A stretch of DNA of 39,001 nucleotides, taken from Hyphomicrobiales bacterium. GTDB taxonomy: Bacteria; Pseudomonadota; Alphaproteobacteria; Rhizobiales; Aestuariivirgaceae. Shown piece after piece: positions 1 to 7,260 of the stretch (position 1 is the first letter of the stretch; every line of letters begins with the position of its first letter). Both the position numbers and the translations under genes were made by a program. Where the stretch lies: positions 1 through 39,001 of the forward strand of contig JBJMRA010000067.1 in NCBI GenBank assembly GCA_045802365.1, given 5' to 3'. The notes under the pieces are model-generated. The model worked only from the letters and a program-made list of their open reading frames with translations. It made no database searches and had not been told where the DNA came from.

Positions 1-471
1 GGAGATCAGCGTCTCGAGCCTCTCTCGCATCCGCGCGTCGATGCCACCGGGAGGGCCTTCGGTCTTTCCGATCGCCAAAACCCCTTGCTCTTGGAGAATG
101 CGATGTGCCTCAGCGAGCAAGCGAGGCCAATTGCGCGCGGTCAGCAACTGCACCATCAACACGGCGTCGAACGCCCTATCACGAAAGGGTAGATGGCCGC
201 CATCCGCCTGAATGAGCGCGGGGGTTTGCGGGAGGTCCTTTCGACGGAACTCCTGCAGCATCCCCATCGATGAGTCGAGACCGACGTAATCGTCGCCGGC
301 AATGCAGAATTCCTCGCCAATTCTTCCGGTGCCGCACCCTACTTCGAGCAACGGCGATCCCGGAGTCAATCCCCCATGCTCCTGCAGCGCCCGCCGTACC
401 GCGGCTGACACTCCGGCCGGCAACACCCGATAGCGTTCGAAACGGCTGGCAACGACGTCGAATGCATTCAT
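1..471 (-). CDS. class I SAM-dependent methyltransferase; the 3' end of the gene runs off the left edge of the window
   Basis: Absent from the ORF track because no stop codon lies in the window. My own translation from the ATG at 471 gives MNAFDVVASRFERYRVLPAG...SPLLEVGCGTGRIGEEF...DYVGLDSSMGMLQ...ADGGHLPFRDRAFDAVLMVQ...LQEQGVLAIG. This shows the GxGxG SAM motif I and the downstream motifs of Methyltransf_11/25-type enzymes. Confidence 0.75.
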   Translation of the reverse strand, partial: MNAFDVVASRFERYRVLPAGVSAAVRRALQEHGGLTPGSPLLEVGCGTGRIGEEFCIAGDDYVGLDSSMGMLQEFRRKDLPQTPALIQADGGHLPFRDRAFDAVLMVQLLTARNWPRLLAEAHRILQEQGVLAIGKTEGPPGGIDARMRERLETLIS

Positions 472-604
472 GCAGATCGACCGATCGAACCTGCCGAGGC
501 AGCAACAGCGATCAGCATCGGCCCGACCGCGAATACGATGCGCCCGCAGCTTCCGCCTTTCATGCAGCGATTGGGAACCAGGACGGTTTGCTGCCGTGCC
601 CGGA

Positions 605-2728
605 TCAATGGTCCATCGTCTCAGGCTTGCAGCCGCTGGGCTGGCCTGCGGCCGGGCGGATGTCCAGCCGTTGCATCATGCCGATATCCTCATGCGTTAG
701 AGCGTGGCAATGCATGACGAAACATCCAACCGTGATGGGGTTGAAATAGATCCGGAAGGTTATCGAGCCGATGTCCACATTCTTGTTGAGGTTGGGCCTA
801 GGGAACGGCAACGGCAAGGGACCTGGGGGTTGAGGCTGCCCACCGGGCACAAGGATGGTGTCGTGCCACTCGGGTACATCCAGTTTTACGCCATTGATAT
901 GTGTGACCAGAAACGGATTCTGATGGATGTGGAACGGATGATCCGAAAACGAGCGATTGAGTACCGTCCATTCCTCGTAGTGGCCGGCGATCATATCGTC
1001 GAACAATGGCTGGTTCGGGTTGAACAATCCATCCTTCTTGAAATCGACCAGCGGCATTTGCTTATCGTCGTTGGGCTTTCCTGCATCATCGGCATCGCGC
1101 AGCATCAGCAGATTGGGAAGGGGGCGGCCTCCCCAATATTTCGCATCATATTTATCGAAAAACCAGCCGCAGCTCGGCAGGCGGTAGCGGGCGTACTGCA
1201 GGAGGGTGGCTTCCTCTTTGGCGCAGATCTCGAAGGCAACCTGGCGCTGTGCATCAGGAGTAGTCCCGAGCATCTCGGCGACGCTTGGAAGACCCTTTGG
1301 CACGGGCAGCGGGCCATCAGGCAGCCGCATGTCGCGCTGATCGCCATCTATCACCACGGTCGCGAGCGAGATCGGGTAGGCCTGGACTTTCGGCGGTGTT
1401 GCGGCGCAAGGATCCTCCTCGGGCTTCAATTGCGCCATACGCCCGTGCTCGTGGCTGGGCGAGGCGGGCACGAGTCCGCATGGAGCGGGAAAGTCAAAGC
1501 TATGGCGGGTTACTCGGGGTTCGGGATCGATCCCCGAGGGTGATACCGACACGGGGTTCGACACCGGATCCAAATCCTGCAATTGGTATGTTCCCGGATT
1601 GGCGGCCTTCACCAGCACGTCCATGCGTTGGCCGGGGGCAAGCACTACGGCTGCGTCTTGCCTCAGCCGGACCATATTACGGACGGTGATCCCGTCCATG
1701 GCGATGATGTTGAAGCCATGGCCTTGCAGGGCGAGCACAATGTTCTCGTCGGTCGCGGCATTGAGCAGTCTCCATCGCTGCACTTCACCGGGCCGCATGT
1801 GCAAAGTCGGGTTGGTCACCCCGTTGGTCACAAAATAGAAGAAGCTCCGTCCCGGCGCGCCATCCAATCCATAGGTGCTCCAGATTCCCTGACTCGTTTT
1901 GACATTCGTGAAGAAGGGGAAGGTTCCGAACTGTTCGGCGAGCTTGTGGACAAATGGCTGGGTGCCGTCCACCGCCGTTCGAATGACCTGAAACATCATC
2001 GGCACGTCTTTGGCTGCCGCAACTTCAGGCACCGCATCGAGGGTTCCGGGACCGCCCTTGATGATCAGGAAGCCCTCCATGCCGCCGATCATTTGAAAAG
2101 TGGTCGCTCCGTGCTTGTGGGGGTGGTACCAATAGGTCCCGCTCGGCTGATCGGCGGGGATGTCAACAGCGATGTGGCTCGTCGTGCCCGGTTCCATAAG
2201 CCGGAAAGGATTGTCGGAATTACCCAAGGGCGAAACCGTTAGCCCGTGAGTGTGAAAGTTCGTCGTGTATGGGTCATGCGGGAAAAACCCGCCGCGCTGA
2301 TTGGTCGGGTTGGCCGGCAGGTTGTTGATGAGATCGATTGACAGCCGGTCGCCCGGCTTCACCACCAAAGTGGGCCCAGGAATTGTCCCTTCATATGTTG
2401 TCGTATGGATTACCCGGGTTTCGCCGGTGGGCTGATCCACGATCTTGTTCTTTCCGATGCAAGCATGCAGCGTGGTTTTCAGCACTCCGCGAGAAGAAGT
2501 GCGGACTTCGGGCACTGGAAACGCAGCCGCGGATCTCGCCGGAGCACTGACAGCGGAATTCCCCGGAGCGCTGACCTTGGAGATCACCGGAGCGCTGACA
2601 TCGGTGCACTCGGCAGGCACCGCAAGACTGTCCTCTTGCGCCACGGCGCCGGGTACAGTCCACGGAACAGCCAAGCAGAAAACCGGTAGCGCGAGCATGG
2701 TCGAAAACAGCGTGCGACGCCTCAACAT
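605..2728 (-). CDS. secreted multicopper oxidase (laccase/CopA-like, three-domain type with an expanded linker)
   Basis: 707-aa ORF with a signal peptide (MLRRRTLFSTMLALPVFCLAVPWTVPGAVA). All four copper-ligand motifs occur in order: NFHTHGL, WYHPHKHG, HPFHIHQNPF, HCHALTHEDIGMM (His-Cys-His plus axial Met). Confidence 0.9.
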   Translation of the reverse strand: MLRRRTLFSTMLALPVFCLAVPWTVPGAVAQEDSLAVPAECTDVSAPVISKVSAPGNSAVSAPARSAAAFPVPEVRTSSRGVLKTTLHACIGKNKIVDQPTGETRVIHTTTYEGTIPGPTLVVKPGDRLSIDLINNLPANPTNQRGGFFPHDPYTTNFHTHGLTVSPLGNSDNPFRLMEPGTTSHIAVDIPADQPSGTYWYHPHKHGATTFQMIGGMEGFLIIKGGPGTLDAVPEVAAAKDVPMMFQVIRTAVDGTQPFVHKLAEQFGTFPFFTNVKTSQGIWSTYGLDGAPGRSFFYFVTNGVTNPTLHMRPGEVQRWRLLNAATDENIVLALQGHGFNIIAMDGITVRNMVRLRQDAAVVLAPGQRMDVLVKAANPGTYQLQDLDPVSNPVSVSPSGIDPEPRVTRHSFDFPAPCGLVPASPSHEHGRMAQLKPEEDPCAATPPKVQAYPISLATVVIDGDQRDMRLPDGPLPVPKGLPSVAEMLGTTPDAQRQVAFEICAKEEATLLQYARYRLPSCGWFFDKYDAKYWGGRPLPNLLMLRDADDAGKPNDDKQMPLVDFKKDGLFNPNQPLFDDMIAGHYEEWTVLNRSFSDHPFHIHQNPFLVTHINGVKLDVPEWHDTILVPGGQPQPPGPLPLPFPRPNLNKNVDIGSITFRIYFNPITVGCFVMHCHALTHEDIGMMQRLDIRPAAGQPSGCKPETMDH
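2539..2610. repeat. three tandem 24-nt units inside the multicopper oxidase gene, encoding VSAPxxxx octapeptide repeats
   Basis: The core CCGGAGC(A/G)CTGAC recurs at 2539, 2563 and 2587 with exact 24-nt spacing. On the coding (minus) strand this gives VSAPVISK-VSAPGNSA-VSAPARSA just after the signal peptide. Confidence 0.75.
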
Positions 2729-2932
2729 AATTTTCTCTCCCGCTCTACCGCAACGCTAGTTGCGACAAGATTTTAATGTGATGACTGCACGGGACACGAG
2801 AGTCCCTGTACGAAACAGTACGCTCGATCGGAAGTTGATGCAAGGGCTCGCCTTCAAATCTCAACCGGCTGATCCTGTCGGGGGCGTTGGCGCGTCGAAT
2901 GAAATTCGGGTTCGCCTGGCCGAGAAGGATTC

Positions 2933-3838
2933 GTGGCGAGGTCAACAACACGATCACGTTTAGCATTTGCGGGAAGGATTTGGCTCACCGCCGCTCCCGC
3001 AACATTTCTTCTCCTCTGGTCGGGAGGGTTCAGCGTCGCAAAGCTCGGACTGAAAGGCTCGGAGCCATTGGGGTTTCTCGCTCTGCGCTATGCCGTCGTG
3101 CTCGCCATCCTGATGCCGCTCTTTCTCGTTCTGCGTCCGCCTCTGCCGCGCCGCTCGGGCGATGTCGCGCATGTCGCGTTCGTAGGCTTCCTCATCCAGG
3201 TCGTCTATTTCGGCCTGTGCTACGTCGCCTTCAAAGCGGGTGCGTCCGCCGGCACGGTCGCGATCATCGTCTGCCTTCAGCCCATCCTCGTCGGTCTAAT
3301 TGCGCCTCATTTTACGCGCGAAGCGGTAGGCCCGCTCCGCTGGGTAGGTCTCATGCTCGGAATCGCGGGGGCGGCGAGCGTCATCCTGTCCCGCTCGACG
3401 ATTGCCGCTGAATCCGTGTTCGCGGTCTTATGTGCGGTAGGAGCGCTTATCGGCATCAGCGCCGGCACGCTTTGGGAAAAGCGCTTCGGCGTCAGCATGC
3501 ATCCGATCGTGTCGAACCTCATCCAGTATGCGGTCGGACTGGCCGGCGCCTTGCCGCTGGCGCTCGCGAGCGAAACGCTCCGGTTTCACTGGAGCGCGGA
3601 ATTCGTGGCTGCACTCGCCTATCTCGTCATCGGCAACTCGCTCATCTCGATGACGCTTCTCCTCGCGATGATCAGGAGGGGAGAAGTGAGCCGCGTGTCC
3701 TCGCTTTTCTATCTGGTCCCGCCGGTCACCGCGGTGATCGCCTGGCTCCTGCTCGGGGAGGCAATGCCGTCGCTGGCCTGGTTCGGAATGGGTCTCGCCG
3801 CGATCGGAGTCGCTATCGCGAGCCGAAAAAGAGCGTAG
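2933..3838 (+). CDS. DMT-superfamily transporter (EamA/RhaT-like, 10-TM)
   Basis: 301-aa ORF with a GTG start and AAGGA just upstream. It is hydrophobic throughout and has the duplicated EamA pattern (FLLLWSGGFSVAKLGL... and ...LLGEAMPSLAWFGMGLAAIGVAIASR). Confidence 0.85.
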   Translation: MARSTTRSRLAFAGRIWLTAAPATFLLLWSGGFSVAKLGLKGSEPLGFLALRYAVVLAILMPLFLVLRPPLPRRSGDVAHVAFVGFLIQVVYFGLCYVAFKAGASAGTVAIIVCLQPILVGLIAPHFTREAVGPLRWVGLMLGIAGAASVILSRSTIAAESVFAVLCAVGALIGISAGTLWEKRFGVSMHPIVSNLIQYAVGLAGALPLALASETLRFHWSAEFVAALAYLVIGNSLISMTLLLAMIRRGEVSRVSSLFYLVPPVTAVIAWLLLGEAMPSLAWFGMGLAAIGVAIASRKRA

Positions 3839-3855
3839 CGCTTCTCCGCGCGGCC

Positions 3856-4776
3856 TCATGCTCTGAGAATCGCGCCCTCGGGATAGGCCTTCGCGAGCTC
3901 CCGCCTTGCCGCGAAGCCCTGCTCGAGATCGTACGCGTTGATGATGCCGAGCCTGAAGCCGCCGGGCGGCATGGCATGCGCCTCCGGAGCCTTGTCCTCG
4001 TGAAACGTGGTTTGGAGCGACGAGACGCCAGGCATTTCCCGCACGCGCGCCAGATGCTCCGCGCTCGGATGAAAGAAGCGCTTGCCGTGCCGCCCGAAGA
4101 GGATGACCGAATAGCCGTCGCGGCGGTCGCGATCCCCGAAAGTCCAGCGCCCTTCGGCATAGAGGCGGACGAGCGCCTCGACCCAGCCTTCGCCATAGAG
4201 GTCGGGCCACTGGTCGGCGAAGCGCAGATGCACCTCGATGATCTTGCCGCCGATCGTCTCGAAATTGACCATGCCGGTGTAGCCCGCGAACTGCCGCGCG
4301 AGCCAGGCCTCGAGATAGGCTTCGAGCGCGGGGCGCGGCTCCGCATGGACGATCCAATAGTCGAAGGCGCCCTCGATGAGGGGCTCGCCCGTCGTATGCC
4401 GCCACCAGCGCGGGCGGCCGTCGGCGACCGCGCAGTCGGTCGAGACGTGCTCGCCTTCGAGGAGCGCCATCCACATGTGGCCGGCGCGATAGCCCTCGTG
4501 GTAGTCGGCCTCGCTCCTGAGCATGGCGCTGCCATCGCCCATGCCCTTCAAGTTCATGATCGGCTTCGAGAACACCGGGAAGCGGTCGGGCGCGACGCCA
4601 TGCGGGCCCGCGGCGAGCCCCTGGCTCTCGGCCACCGCGAGCTTGTTGTAGACCCAGCGCTCTTTCGGGAACCACGCCCAGGCATCGGCATCCTCGGTCG
4701 GGATGCGGACGTCCTCGGGGCAGGGGACGTGCTCGAAATACTGGACCCGCCAGGGGTCTGCTTCACATACCGGCAT
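3856..4776 (-). CDS. ATP-grasp-fold protein of unknown substrate (orphan; no pre-ATP-grasp N-domain)
   Basis: 306-aa ORF with a GGGAG RBS upstream of the ATG at 4776. ATP-grasp landmarks occur in order: NKLAVAESQGL..P, FPVFSKPIMNLKGMGDGS, MALLEGEHVSTDC, GMVNFETIGGKIIEVHLRF. The fold call is by eye only. Confidence 0.6.
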   Translation of the reverse strand: MPVCEADPWRVQYFEHVPCPEDVRIPTEDADAWAWFPKERWVYNKLAVAESQGLAAGPHGVAPDRFPVFSKPIMNLKGMGDGSAMLRSEADYHEGYRAGHMWMALLEGEHVSTDCAVADGRPRWWRHTTGEPLIEGAFDYWIVHAEPRPALEAYLEAWLARQFAGYTGMVNFETIGGKIIEVHLRFADQWPDLYGEGWVEALVRLYAEGRWTFGDRDRRDGYSVILFGRHGKRFFHPSAEHLARVREMPGVSSLQTTFHEDKAPEAHAMPPGGFRLGIINAYDLEQGFAARRELAKAYPEGAILRA

Positions 4777-4844
4777 CGGGGCTCCCGCCAGTGGACCCGT
4801 GAGCTTCTAGCCCGCGTGCGCCTCGATCCTGTCAGGAGCGCGCG

Positions 4845-5162
4845 TCAGTCGTCGAACATGAAATCGTGGCCGAAACGGTTACAGCCAACGCCGCGGCGGT
4901 GATAGATGTTGTACTCGAACGCGCAGTAATCCGACATGCCCGCGGGGTTCGGCTCTTCCGGATAGCCGTAGTAATCGCGCTTCTTCGGCCGCGGCCGGTT
5001 ATAGTTGGTGGTGACCTTCTTCGTCGTCTTCTTCTTGACGATCTTCTTCTTGGCCGTGGTGGTTGCGGCGGCAACCGGATCCGTCGCGAGGGTCAGCGCG
5101 GGCAGGCCGCCGATGGCGAAGCCGGCGACAAGCGTCAGGGCGTAGAGGGCGGCGCGGGTCAT
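4845..5162 (-). CDS. small (105 aa) putative exported Thr/Lys-rich protein with an acidic/aromatic C-terminal half
   Basis: The ATG at 5162 is preceded by AGGA at 5-nt spacing, 11 nt after the SIMPL stop codon. Sec-like N-terminus MTRAALYALTLVAGFAIGGLPALTLA, then TTTAKKKIVKKKTTKKVTT and DYYGYPEEPNPAGMSDYCAFEYNIY...FMFDD. The alternative start at 5189 adds 9 aa. Confidence 0.55.
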   Translation of the reverse strand: MTRAALYALTLVAGFAIGGLPALTLATDPVAAATTTAKKKIVKKKTTKKVTTNYNRPRPKKRDYYGYPEEPNPAGMSDYCAFEYNIYHRRGVGCNRFGHDFMFDD

Positions 5163-5173
5163 ATGCGTCCTGT

Positions 5174-5884
5174 TCAGTCGATTTCCCATGCGACGCTAAC
5201 GTCTATGGCGATCGTTTGTTCGCCCTCGGCGACCGGGACGGGAGCGGCTTCGGCCTTCATCATCGCCCGCCCCACGATGGGAACGGGAGGCGGCGCGCCC
5301 GCCGTCTCGCCCAGCGCCAAAACCCGGCCGAGCTTTACCCCCGCCGCCGCGGCGTAGACCGCGGCCTTGCGGCGCGCATCGGCGACCGCTCGCTTTCGCG
5401 CCTCGTCTTCGAGCGGTTGGCGCTCGGCGATGTCGAAGGCGATGCCGTAGATCTGGTTCGAGCCCTGGCTCACCACATCGTCGAGGAGCGCGCCGAGCTT
5501 CGGCAGCTCGCGTACGCTCGTGTCGAGGTTATTGGAGACCGTATAGCCGATCACCTGTTGCCGGCCCTCCGTCTCATCGCCGTAGCGGGCGCTGACCGCA
5601 AAGTTCGAGGTCTGGATGTCCTTCTCGGCGATGCCGGCTGATTTGAGCGCCGCCATGACTTTCTGCATCGCTTGGGTATTGGCCGTGAGGGCCTCGCGCG
5701 CGGTAGCGCCCTCGCTCATGACACCGAGGGTGACACGGGCCATGTCGGGCTTCGCTTTGACCTCGCCGTGACCGGTGAGCCACAACACGCGATCGGGCGC
5801 CCGTTCATCGTCGGCGGCCGTAGCGGGACTTGCGAGCCAAGCGAGGGCTGCGAGGCCCAAAGGCGCGAGAAGGCGACGGTTCAT
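5174..5884 (-). CDS. SIMPL-domain periplasmic protein (BP26/Omp28/YggE family, DUF541)
   Basis: Start taken at MNRRLLAPLGLAALAWLASPATA (signal peptide, ATG at 5884) rather than the TTG at 5944, which lies inside a repeat. The body (GHGEVKAKPDMARVTLGV...IQTSNFAVSARY...GYTVSNNLDTSVREL...ARRKAAVYAAAAGVKLGRVL) matches the SIMPL family pattern. Confidence 0.85.
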   Translation of the reverse strand: MNRRLLAPLGLAALAWLASPATAADDERAPDRVLWLTGHGEVKAKPDMARVTLGVMSEGATAREALTANTQAMQKVMAALKSAGIAEKDIQTSNFAVSARYGDETEGRQQVIGYTVSNNLDTSVRELPKLGALLDDVVSQGSNQIYGIAFDIAERQPLEDEARKRAVADARRKAAVYAAAAGVKLGRVLALGETAGAPPPVPIVGRAMMKAEAAPVPVAEGEQTIAIDVSVAWEID

Positions 5885-5903
5885 GCTAGAGGCCACTTTG
5901 CCC

Positions 5904-6317
5904 GTCATCCCGGCGCAAGCCGCTATCGTATGCACACATCTCAATGGGCAGATGGCCGCACCCGGGCGCGGCAGGCTTGCACGCTATCTCCCTAGCCGTC
6001 TTCCCGGCGAAAGCCGGGACCCATTCCGCAATGTGACGGGTGTGCCATCGTTCGGGCAACCTCTGGAGGGTCGCAAAATAGCCGCGGCGTGCGCGGCTGC
6101 CGTAATTGCGCCAGTTAACTCTCTCGGTCCGATCCGCCACATGTCGAGATAGGCTCCGGCTTTCGCCGGAGTGACGAGGTATTTGTAAATTTTCATACTG
6201 CTCGAGATGTGTGCATACGATAGCGGCGGAGGGCCGGGAACCACGCCCCCATGCGTGCGATCGATCAGCGGAGTCCGTACATGGATCAACATGGGTCCTG
6301 GCTTTCGCCGGGATGAC
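5904..6317. repeat. cluster of REP/MITE-like palindromic elements: four GTCATCCCGGCGAAAGCCGGGA-type hairpin units plus a perfect 23-bp inverted repeat
   Basis: Hairpin units lie at 5904-5922 (+), 5998-6024 (+), 6154-6175 (-) and 6291-6317 (-). Units 5998-6024 and 6291-6317 match 25/27 as inverted copies. CCGCTATCGTATGCACACATCTC (5920-5942) is the exact reverse complement of 6204-6226. Confidence 0.75.
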
Positions 6318-6822
6318 ATTGAGAGAGGAGTGCGCGATAGATGTCCGCCGTTTCGCGATCGAAGCAGCAGAAGATCACGCGCTGCACGGAAGGTGCTTTC
6401 GTGAGCGCCTCGCGAACGGCCGCGAGCGCGACGCGGGCGGCTTCTTCTTTTGGATAACCATAGATGCCGGTCGATATGGCCGGGAAGGCAATCGAAGCGA
6501 GCGCGTGCGCCGCTGCCAATTCGATCGCCCGCCGATAGCAGCCGGCGAGAAGTTCAGCTTCGCCCCAACCTCCACCGCGCCAGACGGCGCCGACGGCGTG
6601 AATGACATGACGGGCCTTCAGTTGATGGCCGCCGGTTATTTTCGCATCACCCGTCGCGCATCCGCCAAGACCACGGCATTCCTTGAGGAGACCGGGTCCC
6701 GCCCGGCGGTGGATCGCGCCATCGACTCCGCCCCCGCCGAGCAGCGAGCTGTTCGCGGCGTTCACGATCGCATCGACGTCGAGCCCGGTGATATCGCCCT
6801 CGACAACATCGATCGAAGCCAT
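6286..6822 (-). CDS. ymdB: macro-domain O-acetyl-ADP-ribose deacetylase (YmdB-like)
   Basis: 178-aa ORF: IDVVEGDITGLDVDAIVNAANSSLLGGGGVDGAIHRRAGPGLL...HVIHAVGAVWRGG...SIAFPAISTGIYGYP. It is collinear with E. coli YmdB as I remember it. Confidence 0.9.
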   Translation of the reverse strand: MASIDVVEGDITGLDVDAIVNAANSSLLGGGGVDGAIHRRAGPGLLKECRGLGGCATGDAKITGGHQLKARHVIHAVGAVWRGGGWGEAELLAGCYRRAIELAAAHALASIAFPAISTGIYGYPKEEAARVALAAVREALTKAPSVQRVIFCCFDRETADIYRALLSQCHPGESQDPC

Positions 6823-6881
6823 TGCCGTCGTCTTTCGCGGGTCATACTCTCGGCACTCTAGCAGATCACGGAGAACCGCTC

Positions 6882-7214
6882 ATGAGCGCTGCACGCCTTG
6901 CGGGGGCCATTCTCATTCTTTCGGCCATCGCGCTCATGACATCGTTGCCGGCCTATGCCGACAAGATCGACGGCGAGTGGTGCGCGTCCGACGGCAAGCG
7001 TCTGTCGATCGACGGCCCCGCCATTACCACCCCGGGCGGGACGCGGATGAAGGGCAATTACTCCCGCCATCACTTCAGCTATGTGGTGCCGGATCGCGAG
7101 CCGGGTGCTGGCGATACGGTCGAAATGGCTCTCCAAAACGAGAACGAAGTGCTGATCCTGCCCCATCCCGGCGCAGAGGTCGAACTCTGGCGACGTTGCC
7201 CAGCGAGCGTCTGA
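6882..7214 (+). CDS. small exported hypothetical protein (110 aa)
   Basis: The ATG at 6882 is preceded by GGAGA. Signal peptide MSAARLAGAILILSAIALMTSLPAYA. I recognise no family. Confidence 0.5.
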   Translation: MSAARLAGAILILSAIALMTSLPAYADKIDGEWCASDGKRLSIDGPAITTPGGTRMKGNYSRHHFSYVVPDREPGAGDTVEMALQNENEVLILPHPGAEVELWRRCPASV

Positions 7215-7260
7215 AGAGCTATCGACGTCAGCCTTCGGGCAAGTTTCACCAGGAGCGAGC

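Noticed and set aside
2749-2764. Palindrome CGCAACGCTAGTTGCG in the divergent MCO/EamA spacer, as a possible metal-regulator operator
   Set aside because: It is short, unique in the window, and matches no operator consensus that I can name (not CueR/MerR-like in position, not a LexA box). It is kept only as a note.
3428-4902. 415-aa (minus) and 490-aa (plus) ORFs overlapping the EamA and ATP-grasp genes
   Set aside because: They have extremely Arg/Pro/Gly-rich, non-protein-like sequences, and they run across the convergent junction of two better-supported genes.
5886-6319. 84-aa and 111-aa minus-strand ORFs and a 125-aa plus-strand ORF inside the repeat cluster
   Set aside because: Their sequences are largely translations of the palindromic repeats (…VPAFAGKT…, …SRRKPGP…). 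There is no RBS and no coding-like composition.
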